64,000 bases of DNA, from positions 512,001 through 576,000 of the forward strand of contig OZ223264.1 in assembly GCA_965140585.1 (NCBI GenBank), read 5' to 3'. Positions 30,292-40,466 of this stretch are shown piece after piece. Both the position numbers and the translations under genes were made by a program. The notes under the pieces were generated by a model. That model did no database searches, was not told the origin of the DNA, and worked only from the letters and a program-made list of their open reading frames with translations. This DNA is from Spirochaetia bacterium (GTDB lineage: Bacteria; Spirochaetota; Spirochaetia; UBA9216). How positions within the stretch are numbered: position 1 is the first letter of the stretch; the number at the start of each line of letters is the position of its first letter.

Positions 30292-32205
30292 ATGCATGAA
30301 AAATTTATGTGGATAGTATGCAGTCTGCTCATTTTCATTTCGGGCTGCAGTAATTCCTCAGTAGAAAGCCTGCTCTCGGATGACGATGACTCTGTGATAA
30401 ATACTTCGATAAAAAGTTCCATGACAGCTCCGGGTGAGGCTTTCGATATAGAGATCAATCTTGATGATGATCAGTACCCCTCCGATTTAGTTACTCTTGC
30501 AATAACTGACTCCTACGGAGTCGAGGTTTTCGCAACCGAATTCAGGGGAACTTACATGAATGACTTCTATACCGAACTGAATATTCCTGAGAATCTGAAT
30601 CCCGGGCGTTATGTGATGGAAATAATTCTCTACAGTCAGGATGAAGAACTCTCTGCAGACCGATCCGTATTTTATATTTCTGAATCAGGATTTTATATTA
30701 AAACAATTACTACATTCCCCCCTGTTTTTTATCCGGGGAGCAGCGGTCTTGTCTTTGCCGATTTTGAAAGCCCTGAAGCTTCCGCCTGGGTAAGGTGGAT
30801 GCTTGAGGATGAGCTGATTGCCGAGGGATATCTGTTAAACGGGCTTGAAAGAATAAATCTTCTGGCACCGGAGAACGAGGGAATCTACCGCCTTCAGGCC
30901 GAGTTGTATCCTTACAATCCCGCTGATTATGAGGATGAGAACGGCATCGAGGAGCCGTCGGTAAAACGTTATGTCTCGGTTTATGTAAAAAGGGACCAGC
31001 TGCCGGCAGATCTGGAGTTCAGTCCGGACAGCGATTTTACAAGTCTGTATCACTTCAGGGGTAATTTTATTAATTCCGGTCGTGATTCAGACAGCCTTGC
31101 TGCGGTTATGTACGGAAAGGCTGTTCTGAATGTTGATCGGGGAGTATTCGGATACCTCATTGAACCTGAATCCGGACTGTCCTTCCGTGAATCACTTCTC
31201 CCCTCGGAATGGGGAATTCTGCAGCCCTTTTCGGTGATGTTATCAATAATACCGGAATGGGGTGAGGCTGAGTTCAGCAGTGATACCCTGTTTTTCAGCC
31301 GCAGCAGTGATGAAAGTTATACCCTGCATCTTAAAATATCATCTGACGGGATCCTTTCTTCTGAATTCAGGGCAGGAAATGCAGTTTATGAATTAAATAG
31401 TGAGCCCGGCCTTATAAACAGCGGAATGCACTCGGAACTTGCTCTTGCAGTTGAGCCTGAAGGAGAGTACCTCAGTCTTGCCCTTTACAGCAATGGAATT
31501 CTGGTGGCATCCGAAACCTTCAGAAATTATGCAGGCGCAGACAGTAAAACTTCGGAGGCAGAGCAGGGAGGCGGAATAACTTCTCTTTTCTCCGGAAGCA
31601 GGATAAGTTATCTTGCCGATGAATTCGGAATCTATAACAGTCCTGATTCGGGCGCGGTGGATCCCCTGCAGTTTTACCGTTCAATGGAAAAATTATTCGG
31701 AAGCAGTGTTGTTCTTGCCGAGGGGTTTGACAGCCCCGGTAAATGCAGCATTTCAATAATGGAGGAATCATTTATATCCGACAGCAGACTTTATCTGCAT
31801 CCGGGAAGCGCTGCAAAGATTCCGGTACTTTTCCCTTCCGGTGAGGAATTTTCCTTTACTATTGATTCTGTTACAGAGAATCTGCCCCTGCTGGTAAGCA
31901 TTCAGCCGGCAGGATCATCTGACTCCTCTGTGACAATTGAACTCGAACCGGAAATGCAGGACGGTGCAAGCGCCTACCGGTTTACATTTGTCTTTTCTGA
32001 GGAAAACAGCAGCATTATCTATCAGGATAAGTCAATTCCTGTCGATATAAATGATTACAGCAATGGAATCGAATGTATTCTTCGGAATAAAAACCGGCAT
32101 AATCTGCCTATAAGTGATATACTGATTTTAAGAAAAAGTTTAAGCGTTGCCGGATCCTCTGACCCCGGTTCGATGACTGCTGCCGGTTCGGAAATAAATT
32201 TATAA
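30292..32205 (+). CDS. Hypothetical lipoprotein with Ig-like and probable LamG/concanavalin-like beta domains
   Basis: Lipobox ISGC; SLYHFRG, LALYSNGILV and ADEFGIY resemble LamG-type motifs. Confidence 0.6.
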   Translation: MHEKFMWIVCSLLIFISGCSNSSVESLLSDDDDSVINTSIKSSMTAPGEAFDIEINLDDDQYPSDLVTLAITDSYGVEVFATEFRGTYMNDFYTELNIPENLNPGRYVMEIILYSQDEELSADRSVFYISESGFYIKTITTFPPVFYPGSSGLVFADFESPEASAWVRWMLEDELIAEGYLLNGLERINLLAPENEGIYRLQAELYPYNPADYEDENGIEEPSVKRYVSVYVKRDQLPADLEFSPDSDFTSLYHFRGNFINSGRDSDSLAAVMYGKAVLNVDRGVFGYLIEPESGLSFRESLLPSEWGILQPFSVMLSIIPEWGEAEFSSDTLFFSRSSDESYTLHLKISSDGILSSEFRAGNAVYELNSEPGLINSGMHSELALAVEPEGEYLSLALYSNGILVASETFRNYAGADSKTSEAEQGGGITSLFSGSRISYLADEFGIYNSPDSGAVDPLQFYRSMEKLFGSSVVLAEGFDSPGKCSISIMEESFISDSRLYLHPGSAAKIPVLFPSGEEFSFTIDSVTENLPLLVSIQPAGSSDSSVTIELEPEMQDGASAYRFTFVFSEENSSIIYQDKSIPVDINDYSNGIECILRNKNRHNLPISDILILRKSLSVAGSSDPGSMTAAGSEINL

Positions 32206-32216
32206 GGGCTGTGTGT

Positions 32217-33536
32217 ATGAAAAAGATACTTCTCATTTTGACTGCTGCATTGATGCTCACTACAGCAGCCGGAGCACAGGAGGTTTCCGAAAAAAAGGAA
32301 ATAGCCGTCTTTGCTCTTAATTATTATGACTGGTCAGTGCCTTCCGGGGCTCTGGGCATGGTTGATCAGCAGATCGTTTCCGTTTTCAACAAACTGGGCA
32401 GGTTTAATATCAAAGGAATGAGCTACAGACTTTCTGCAGACAGTGTTGATGCATTTGCTGAGTATATAAGGAAGGCTAACGAGTCGAATCTTGTTGTTGA
32501 TGAAAAGTACCGTCTGGGAGAGGAAACGTTCACTGAAGCTGAATTTCAGCGCCTGACAGGGTCTTTTATCATAGTTATTCCGGTTCTTACCTACTATGAA
32601 TCGACTGTATCCGGAGACGGTACAGAATGGGAAGTACAGCTTCAGACTTCGTTCACGTTTATATCGGTCAAGGATTCCGGGACTATTGCCCATTTTCTGG
32701 TTGATACTTACGGAAACGGCGACAGCCAGAGAGAGGCTGCTCAGGAAGCTTCATCCTCGATAGCCACCCAGCTGGATTATGAGATTAGAAGTATCGAGGA
32801 GTTCAGGCTGAAAACCGGAATTCTTGAAGTTATGCCGGGCGGCAGGGTAATTATTGAACTGGGCAGTGATATGGGCATAATGAAGGGTGATGAGTTTTCT
32901 GTGATCAATCCCCGGCAGCTTTCCAGCGGCCATACCGTCAACGAGGTTTCAGGGCTTGTTGTTGTCAGTGAGGTTCAGCCTGAAGTCTCTTATGGAAGGC
33001 TTCTTTACGGCGGAAAGAGCGTCTTTCCAGGCGATCAGCTGACTGAAATACCGCGCTTCGGGGCCGATGCTTCAGTCTATGTACGGGGGATGTTTGACAT
33101 TATCGGAGACGTTGAATTTTCAGGGGCTGCAGTCGGTGTCAGGACTTCTGCATCAAGAGGTTTCTACGGCCTCAGACCGGTTGTCGGACTCGAAGTGCCT
33201 GTAGGTGTCGGTACCGCTAATAATTACTGGCCGGGGCTTCCTCTTTCAGTATACGGCGGAGGTGAGTTTATGTGGTACTTCGGGCGGCTGCAGATTGAGC
33301 CGAATATTTCACTGGGGGCAACAGGGCTGGTTCCTATTCAGGATGATGAGCAGTTCTACCTCACGCATGTCGGCGGAACTATGGGGCTTGCAGTGAACTG
33401 GATGGTCTCTGACAATATGAGAATATTTGCTGAAGGCGGATATACTTACTGGTTCAGTCTTGTACCCGATATACTGACCCAGGTCCAGTCTTTCGGCGGG
33501 ATTTTTGGCGGATTGGGTGTTACATTTAAACTGTAG
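32217..33536 (+). CDS. Putative outer-membrane protein (CsgG/TolB-N-like, FlgT-C-like and C-terminal beta-barrel regions)
   Basis: Signal peptide AGA-Q; EIAVF...LGRF; GILEV..GRVIIELGSDMGI.KGDEF; alternating aromatic/Gly strands ending GGLGVTFKL. Confidence 0.6.
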   Translation: MKKILLILTAALMLTTAAGAQEVSEKKEIAVFALNYYDWSVPSGALGMVDQQIVSVFNKLGRFNIKGMSYRLSADSVDAFAEYIRKANESNLVVDEKYRLGEETFTEAEFQRLTGSFIIVIPVLTYYESTVSGDGTEWEVQLQTSFTFISVKDSGTIAHFLVDTYGNGDSQREAAQEASSSIATQLDYEIRSIEEFRLKTGILEVMPGGRVIIELGSDMGIMKGDEFSVINPRQLSSGHTVNEVSGLVVVSEVQPEVSYGRLLYGGKSVFPGDQLTEIPRFGADASVYVRGMFDIIGDVEFSGAAVGVRTSASRGFYGLRPVVGLEVPVGVGTANNYWPGLPLSVYGGGEFMWYFGRLQIEPNISLGATGLVPIQDDEQFYLTHVGGTMGLAVNWMVSDNMRIFAEGGYTYWFSLVPDILTQVQSFGGIFGGLGVTFKL

Positions 33537-33553
33537 ATATGGAGATACGTAAT

Positions 33554-34915
33554 ATGAGCATCATTAAGAGAACAGCAATTCTGCTGATTGCAGCAGTTCT
33601 TTCTACGATAATTTTTTCATGTACAACAACAGAAGCAGGAAAAGCGGGAGCCCGGAGCGGCAGACCGGTCTATTATGGATACGGTGAAGGCAGTTCTGCG
33701 CTTGAGGCTATGCGCAACGCCAGAATGTTCGCTGTTAAGCAGACCGCCGCGGACCTTCTTGAGACCGCTGCTTATGAAGCACAGAAGCAGGAACTTGATG
33801 ACCTGCTTACAGATATAACCGATTTTTCTCCCTATATTTATAAAGATTCACAGCAGACTATAAGCAGCGGGCAGTCTGCCGGCTTCAGTTATCAGATTGG
33901 AGTCCGTATGAATCTCGAGAGCATAGCTGATCTGCTGATCTCCAGAGATATCTTCGGCGGTCAGGTCGATGGTACTTCAGGCAAGGTCTACGTATTAAAC
34001 GATCAGAAAGCTCCTCAAGTAAAAGCTGATGCTGCAGCAGGTTCTGCTGAAGAGAATACCCCCTCCTCAGGAAACAGCGCTTCAGGAACCTCAAGTCCCG
34101 AGACTGTTCCTTCCGAAGTATCTGTTACTCCATATGAACTGGCAGTGATAAAGGAATATCTGTCTGAAATGACCTATATGGTCTATTTCAATGATGAAAC
34201 AGAAAGTGATCCATATCTGGCAAGGGCAGCGGTGGCAAGTGCAAACAGGTATCTTGAGCAGCAGGGCATTGAATACATAGATCTTAATCAGATAGAGAGG
34301 ATTAAAAGCGATCAGAGGCTTGTTTACGAGGAAGAGACAGGTGAAGCAGTAAGTGTCATACAGTGGATCGCCCACAAACTGAATGCCGATATCTATATTG
34401 AAGTTGCTCTTGATACAAGCAGCAGTACAAAAGACGGCAAATATTACGGTACAGCCTCCGTTACCCTCAACTGTTTTGATGCCTCAACTGCTATCGGGCG
34501 GGGTTCGGCGGTCTACCAGACAAATCCTCCTGCTTTCAGCACTGTTTCAGAGTCAGATGCTCTTAATAATGCTGTAACATCCGCAGCTTTCAAGGGAATG
34601 TCTGCAGCAGTAGCGAGTGCCGAAGAGGAAACTCTTAAGGCTCTTTCTTCCGGATTCAAGTACACACTCTATGTAGTAAATACTCCGGACTCCGGTGTTA
34701 TGAGAGATTTTTCAAAGAAAGTTGAGAAGAAGGTTAAAAATATCAAGCGTCTGTCTTATTCACCGGAGGAAACAATCTATGAAGTTTCGCTGATTGGTGA
34801 TATCGGTATACTTGAAGATCTTATTTATGATATTGCTGAGCTGATACCCGGGCTTGAAAACCTGACACTTGTAATGCAGCGGAGAAATTCAATCACCTTC
34901 GATACAGGAATGTAG
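33554..34915 (+). CDS. Hypothetical lipoprotein (LPP20/FlgT-N-like and DUF6175/FlgT-M-like regions)
   Basis: Lipobox IFSC; YYGYGEG..EAMRNAR..AVKQ; Ser/Ala linker; IAHKLNADIYIEV...VTLNCFDASTA. Confidence 0.6.
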   Translation: MSIIKRTAILLIAAVLSTIIFSCTTTEAGKAGARSGRPVYYGYGEGSSALEAMRNARMFAVKQTAADLLETAAYEAQKQELDDLLTDITDFSPYIYKDSQQTISSGQSAGFSYQIGVRMNLESIADLLISRDIFGGQVDGTSGKVYVLNDQKAPQVKADAAAGSAEENTPSSGNSASGTSSPETVPSEVSVTPYELAVIKEYLSEMTYMVYFNDETESDPYLARAAVASANRYLEQQGIEYIDLNQIERIKSDQRLVYEEETGEAVSVIQWIAHKLNADIYIEVALDTSSSTKDGKYYGTASVTLNCFDASTAIGRGSAVYQTNPPAFSTVSESDALNNAVTSAAFKGMSAAVASAEEETLKALSSGFKYTLYVVNTPDSGVMRDFSKKVEKKVKNIKRLSYSPEETIYEVSLIGDIGILEDLIYDIAELIPGLENLTLVMQRRNSITFDTGM

Positions 34916-34919
34916 GCTT

Positions 34920-36374
34920 ATGATAAAAAAACTGATTAAAGGAGCCGTTTCACTACTTGCAGTTATTCTCATTTTCTCCTGTGCAACTACATCAGGAGCT
35001 CCGGACTGGGTTACAAGCCCTCCGGCCGATGATTCTGACTTTGTATATTTTACAGGAATAGGCTCTGATGCTGACGGGGATACCGGACTTGCCTTTGAGC
35101 AGGCATCATCAATAATACTTTCAGATATCACACGTTATCTTGATGTTAATATCAGTTCCGATTCCAGTCTTGAACTTCGTGATGCCTACGGTGAATATGA
35201 ATCTGAAATCAAAGCCGTAATTAAAGAGAACTCATCCGCCCGTATTACAGGGATGAAAATTCGGGAAGTCTGGATAGATGAGTCAGGAGACGGTGTGGAT
35301 GTTCATGTTCTTGTTGAATATGAAAAAGCCGCACTTAAGGCAGAAAAGGATCGTCTGGAGGCTCTGTTTAAAGAGAAGCAGGAGGCAATTTCAGGTCCCG
35401 AAGCCGAGGGTGATGCCCTTGTTTCCGAAGAAAGGTACTACCGTGCTGCAGTAAAATTTCTTGAGGCGGCAATGGCTGCGTCAACCTCAGAGCTTGAGAA
35501 TTCAGCGATCAAATTTGAACGGAATATAAACAAAGCTAAGCAGGCTATAAACCGCATAGAGATTGAACCAGTGTCTGCACCTGAAGGGACATATATAAAC
35601 CGAAGTTTCCCCGAGTCTTTCAAGGTTAAACTTACCGGCGGAAGCAAGGCTCTTGAAGGTTTGCCTGTGACTGTCAGCTATAAGGAAATGCGTACAAACG
35701 GCAGAAAAACAGTGAAGACTTTTACCGGTCTGACGGGAGCGGACGGTGTTTTTGAGTTTAATTCTCCGGCACCGGGGTTTGTTGGAAAGGAAAAGATTAC
35801 CTTCTTTCTTGATATGCGTGCTCTTGTGGAACCGCTTGAAGACGTTCCATTCGAACTGCTGAAGTATGTGGACGGTCTGGAACAGGAAGTTAATAATAAA
35901 CGCTATGTATTTGAGTACAATGTATTCTCAATGGCTGTGGAGATTCCAACCTGCATAATGGTAATGGATGTTGATCGCAGCGGAAATCCTCTGGATAAAA
36001 CCGACACGGCCGCCGGAATCCTCTCTGAACTGTCGGCTGCCGGCTTTGATGTGTATGTGGTTCCGGTAGACTACCGGATGACGGCAGTTAACGATTCTGA
36101 ACTTATCAATATGATGAACGCCCAGTATGGAAACAGCTACGACCGCATGATATTCGGTACAGCCGAGATAAGCAGTTTTGAAGAAGGCAACGGAGCTTTT
36201 ACTGTAAAAGTAACCGGCAGTCTCAAGGCTGTAGAACTGGCAACCGGTAAAATTCTTTTCAGTTCGTCTGAACAGAAGAGGGCCATAGGCGGAAACAACG
36301 CCGGTACAATCTCTGCAGCATTCAACAGTCTTGGAAAGATTTACGGCGAAAAACTCGTCAACGAGCTGCCGTAA
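34920..36374 (+). CDS. LPP20 family lipoprotein
   Basis: Lipobox IFSC; APDWV..P...VYFTGIG; Ig-like GLTGADGVFEF; C-terminal LKAVELATGKIL. Confidence 0.7.
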   Translation: MIKKLIKGAVSLLAVILIFSCATTSGAPDWVTSPPADDSDFVYFTGIGSDADGDTGLAFEQASSIILSDITRYLDVNISSDSSLELRDAYGEYESEIKAVIKENSSARITGMKIREVWIDESGDGVDVHVLVEYEKAALKAEKDRLEALFKEKQEAISGPEAEGDALVSEERYYRAAVKFLEAAMAASTSELENSAIKFERNINKAKQAINRIEIEPVSAPEGTYINRSFPESFKVKLTGGSKALEGLPVTVSYKEMRTNGRKTVKTFTGLTGADGVFEFNSPAPGFVGKEKITFFLDMRALVEPLEDVPFELLKYVDGLEQEVNNKRYVFEYNVFSMAVEIPTCIMVMDVDRSGNPLDKTDTAAGILSELSAAGFDVYVVPVDYRMTAVNDSELINMMNAQYGNSYDRMIFGTAEISSFEEGNGAFTVKVTGSLKAVELATGKILFSSSEQKRAIGGNNAGTISAAFNSLGKIYGEKLVNELP

Positions 36375-37125
36375 CCGACGCACATGATACGGACGGGTCA
36401 TTTGAGATGATTCCGTCCACGCCCTTTGAAATAAGCTTTTTCACAATTTCAGGATCATCCACAGTCCATGGCAGTACAGGCCTTCCTCCAATGCTTTTAT
36501 TGAAGAACATCGAAAGGCTGTTGACCTTAACGTGTTCGGGTTTCAGTATATCAGTATTTCCAATCCACTTTCCCTCACCAAGCCTCAGGTACCAGGGCAG
36601 CTCGTCATCGTTGCAGTAGATAATAGCTGTCGGTACCTCCTTGCTGTAGTTTTTGAAATACTTCAGCGGAAGTGGGTTGAAGGATGAGACTATGCATCTT
36701 TCATTGAGCTTGTATTGTTTAATCAGCTCATAGAGCTTTTTTTCGATACCCGATTCACTGCGCATGCGGGATTTAATTTCTATATCGTAATAGACCTTGT
36801 CGCCAAGCAGATCAAAAACTTCTTCAAGGAGAGGAATCCGCTCGCCTGAATACCCGGCATCCTTCCAGCCGCCCGCATCGAGCTTCTTAATCTCGGCAAG
36901 ATCGGTGTTTTCGACTTTTTTATCAAGTCCTGTAACCCTTTTCAGGTTGTCGTCATGGGTAACTACAAGTTCACCGCCAGCCGCAAGATGGATGTCCAGC
37001 TCAACGCCGGGAACCCCGCGGTTCAGGGCCTCACTGAAAGAAGCCAGAGTATTTTCAGGGGCAATTGAAGAATATCCCCTGTGTGCAAAGATAAGCGGCC
37101 TTTCGGCTCCCGGAAGTATATTCAT
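36358..37125 (-). CDS. Glycerophosphodiester phosphodiesterase
   Basis: FAHRGYS..APENTL, VELDIH, VTHD, IEIK, SSFN, WTVDD, GIISNDP. Confidence 0.93.
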   Translation of the reverse strand: MNILPGAERPLIFAHRGYSSIAPENTLASFSEALNRGVPGVELDIHLAAGGELVVTHDDNLKRVTGLDKKVENTDLAEIKKLDAGGWKDAGYSGERIPLLEEVFDLLGDKVYYDIEIKSRMRSESGIEKKLYELIKQYKLNERCIVSSFNPLPLKYFKNYSKEVPTAIIYCNDDELPWYLRLGEGKWIGNTDILKPEHVKVNSLSMFFNKSIGGRPVLPWTVDDPEIVKKLISKGVDGIISNDPSVSCASVTAAR

Positions 37126-37170
37126 ATAAAAATACTATCACCCAGTCAGTCTCTGTGTTAAGTACCATGA

Positions 37171-37199
37171 TTGATAATCAGCAGTTTTTTGATTATTCT
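37171..37199 (+). promoter_or_regulatory. mnmE promoter, leaderless or near-leaderless
   Basis: TTGATA-17 nt-TATTCT, 8 nt before ATG 37208; no SD. Confidence 0.55.
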
Positions 37200-37207
37200 G
37201 TAACAGT

Positions 37208-38596
37208 ATGAATGAACTTGAATATACCACTGATGAACCCATTGCCGCACTTGCCACGGGATGGGAGGAAAGCGCACTTGCTGTAATCCGGACTAGCGGA
37301 ACATCGGTAATTGAGATGACGGCAAAGGTTTTCTCCGCCTCTGACAAGCTTGCCTCTGCGGAAGGTAATTCAGTTGTATATGGATATATAATTGATCCGC
37401 AAACAGGTAAAAAGGCTGACCAGGTCCTTATTTCGGTATTCCGCGCACCGCACAGCTTTACCGGTGAAGACAGTGCAGAAATCTCCTGCCATGGAGGAAT
37501 TCCTGCTGTTTCAGCCATCCTTGACATTTTGCGCAGGACAGGATTCCGCGACGCCGCACCGGGAGAATTTACCATGCGGGCTTTTGTCAACGGCAAGCTC
37601 GATCTGACCAAGGCTGAGGCTGTGCACGAGATTGTTACTGCAAAAACAATCCGCGCCCACAATCTGGCAGTAAACAGGCTTGCCGGAATGCTTGAGACCA
37701 GAATAAACAGCTATAAGCAGAATATTGTCGATATGCTCTCTTCTGTAGAACTTCTTCTCGATTACCCTGAGGATGAACTTGACGGGCAGATTGCAGAATA
37801 TCCGCTTAAGGTTGAAGATGTAACTGCAATAAGGGCGGAGATAGACAGGCTGGCAGACAGCTATTCTGTAGGCAAGGTCTACCGTGAAGGGGTACCTGTT
37901 GCACTTGCAGGCAGAACTAATGCCGGTAAATCATCACTCTTCAACCTCCTTCTCAAAGAAGACCGGGCTATTGTCTCCGAAATTCACGGGACAACCCGGG
38001 ATTATATCGAATCCTGGATTACCATAGATGGTATTCCAATGAGGGTTTATGATACTGCAGGCCTCCGCGACTCGGATAATCCGATAGAAGCAGAAGGCAT
38101 CAGGCGCAGCGGAAGGGTCATTGAAGGTTCGGCTATTGTGGTGTATCTTGTCGACTCAGTAAGCGGAATCAGCGACGAGGATCGGACCCGTATAGAGAGT
38201 TTTGAAAAAGACCGTAAGACCATAAAAGTCTGGAGCCGGACTGATCTTGCTGAAAGCGGGAACACGGGTAAAAAGGTCCCCGACGGTTTCATCGCTTTAA
38301 GCTCTGTTACAGGTGAAGGCTTTCCCGAGCTTGAGAAGGCACTGCTTAACGCAGCCTGCGGAAGCAGGAGTTTTGACGGCGATACGGTAGTTGATTCACA
38401 GAGGCAGTATGATCTGCTTGTAAGGGCTTCGGCCTCCCTCGGCAAGGCCGCGGAAACAGCCGAAGGCCGTATGCCTCTTGATATAGCCGCCATGGAGCTG
38501 CGGGCTTCACTTGATGCCCTTGGTGAGATAACCGGCGAAGTTAGTTCTGTTGATATACTCAACAATATGTTTTCCAATTTTTGTGTAGGTAAATAA
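37208..38596 (+). CDS. mnmE: tRNA modification GTPase MnmE (TrmE)
   Basis: IAALATG, SFTGED..EI.CHGG, GRTNAGKSSL, GTTRD, DTAGLR, C-terminal FCVGK. Confidence 0.97.
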   Translation: MNELEYTTDEPIAALATGWEESALAVIRTSGTSVIEMTAKVFSASDKLASAEGNSVVYGYIIDPQTGKKADQVLISVFRAPHSFTGEDSAEISCHGGIPAVSAILDILRRTGFRDAAPGEFTMRAFVNGKLDLTKAEAVHEIVTAKTIRAHNLAVNRLAGMLETRINSYKQNIVDMLSSVELLLDYPEDELDGQIAEYPLKVEDVTAIRAEIDRLADSYSVGKVYREGVPVALAGRTNAGKSSLFNLLLKEDRAIVSEIHGTTRDYIESWITIDGIPMRVYDTAGLRDSDNPIEAEGIRRSGRVIEGSAIVVYLVDSVSGISDEDRTRIESFEKDRKTIKVWSRTDLAESGNTGKKVPDGFIALSSVTGEGFPELEKALLNAACGSRSFDGDTVVDSQRQYDLLVRASASLGKAAETAEGRMPLDIAAMELRASLDALGEITGEVSSVDILNNMFSNFCVGK

Positions 38597-38597
38597 T

Positions 38598-40466
38598 TTG
38601 AAAGACTGGGATTTTGACGCAATAGTTATAGGCGGCGGACATGCCGGAATAGAGGCCTCGCTTGCCCTTGCCCGAATGGGCTTTGAAGCAATGCTTATTA
38701 CGCAGAGCCTTGATGCAATAGGACGGCTGTCCTGCAACCCCTCGATAGGCGGGCTCTCAAAGGGCAATATCGTTCGTGAGATCGATGCTCTCGGCGGTGA
38801 AATGGGACGGCTGATAGACCGTACAATGATACAGTTTCGCATACTTAACCGAAGAAGAGGACCTGCAGTACAGGCTCCGCGTGCGCAGGCTGACAAATTC
38901 ATGTACAACCGCTACGCAAAGGATACGGTTGAAACTCAGAAAAATCTTCATCCCTTCCAGGATACAGTTACCGATTTTCTTCTGAACAGTGCCGGAAACC
39001 GGATTGAGGGCGTAATTACCGAGCGGGGCCGACGCTTCCGTGCCAGGACCGTGGTAATGACCACCGGAACCTTCATGGAGGGTAAAATTTTCATTGGGGA
39101 CTATGAAACCTCTTCAGGCAGGCTTGGCGAGCCTGCAGCACTGGGCCTTGGCCTTTCGTTACGGAAGCTCGGATTCACTGTCGGGCGTCTAAAAACCGGA
39201 ACGCCCGCCAGGGTCGCTTCCTCATCGATTGATTATAGCAAACTTGAAGTTCAGCCCGGCGATTCGGAAATGCTGCCCTTTTCATTCGAAAATGATGCAG
39301 TACAGCGTCCTGATCAGAGCTGCCATATAACATATACAAACGAAAAAACACATGAAATAATCCGTGCAAACATGGATAAATCACCGCTGTACGGCGGTAA
39401 GATAGTCGGTACCGGCCCCAGATACTGCCCGTCCATTGAGGACAAGGTCGTAAGGTTTCCGGAGCGTGAGCGGCACCAGATATTTGTGGAGCCGGAGGGG
39501 CTGAACTCCGAGGAAATGTACCTTAACGGTATATCATCCTCGCTTCCGGAGACTGTTCAGGAAGCCTTTCTGAGAACACTTCCCGGCCTTGAGCATGTTG
39601 AAGTTATGCGTCCGGGTTACGCTGTAGAGTATGATTATCTCGAGCCGACCCAGCTGACCCCGGCTCTTATGACAAAGAGGATCGAGGGGCTTTTTTCGGC
39701 CGGACAGACTAACGGTACTTCTGGCTACGAAGAAGCTGCCTGCCAGGGGCTGATTGCAGGAATAAACGCTGCAATGTATCTGCAGGGCAGGGCGCCGCTT
39801 GTTCTTTCCAGGGCAGAAGCCTATGCCGGTGTTTTAATTGATGACCTCGTTACCCTTGGTACAAAGGAACCATACCGGATGTTTACATCAAGAGCCGAGT
39901 ACCGCCTGTGCCTGCGCCATGATACTGCTGATATGCGGCTCACGGAGAAGGGGTACGCCGCCGGTCTGCAGACTGAAGAGGCAATGGCTCGTCTTACCGA
40001 AAAGCGTCAGGGGATTGATGAAATAAAGGAACTTTTAAACCAGCGCAGAATAAAAAAGGCTGATATTGAGAAGACACCTGAAATGGCGGAACGCTTCAAA
40101 GACAGGCTGGGTGAGACCCTTGAAAAACTGATGAGGATTCCTGATTTCAACCCGGAAGATTTGATAGATATAGAACCCGAGCTGTCGGAACGCAACCGTC
40201 AGTGGCTGGAACAGGCTGCTATTGATATAAAGTATGAAGGATATATCGACCGTCAGATGCAGCAGATAAACCGCTTTAAAAGAATGGAGAATCTTAAAAT
40301 ACCCGAAGATTTTAATTATGACGGATTATCCGGAATATCGAAGGAATCGATTGAGAAATTCAGAAATATCCGCCCTGTTTCCGTCGGTCAGGCTTCAAGA
40401 ATTTCGGGGGTGCGCTCCTCAGATATAGCAGTGCTTCTGGTAATGCTTGGGAAAAATAATGAATAG
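38598..40466 (+). CDS. mnmG: tRNA uridine-5-carboxymethylaminomethyl enzyme MnmG (GidA)
   Basis: GGGHAGIEA, SCNPSIGG, RLKTGTP, GPRYCPSIEDK, GQTNGTSGYEEA, EPYRMFTSRAEYR. Confidence 0.98.
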   Translation: MKDWDFDAIVIGGGHAGIEASLALARMGFEAMLITQSLDAIGRLSCNPSIGGLSKGNIVREIDALGGEMGRLIDRTMIQFRILNRRRGPAVQAPRAQADKFMYNRYAKDTVETQKNLHPFQDTVTDFLLNSAGNRIEGVITERGRRFRARTVVMTTGTFMEGKIFIGDYETSSGRLGEPAALGLGLSLRKLGFTVGRLKTGTPARVASSSIDYSKLEVQPGDSEMLPFSFENDAVQRPDQSCHITYTNEKTHEIIRANMDKSPLYGGKIVGTGPRYCPSIEDKVVRFPERERHQIFVEPEGLNSEEMYLNGISSSLPETVQEAFLRTLPGLEHVEVMRPGYAVEYDYLEPTQLTPALMTKRIEGLFSAGQTNGTSGYEEAACQGLIAGINAAMYLQGRAPLVLSRAEAYAGVLIDDLVTLGTKEPYRMFTSRAEYRLCLRHDTADMRLTEKGYAAGLQTEEAMARLTEKRQGIDEIKELLNQRRIKKADIEKTPEMAERFKDRLGETLEKLMRIPDFNPEDLIDIEPELSERNRQWLEQAAIDIKYEGYIDRQMQQINRFKRMENLKIPEDFNYDGLSGISKESIEKFRNIRPVSVGQASRISGVRSSDIAVLLVMLGKNNE

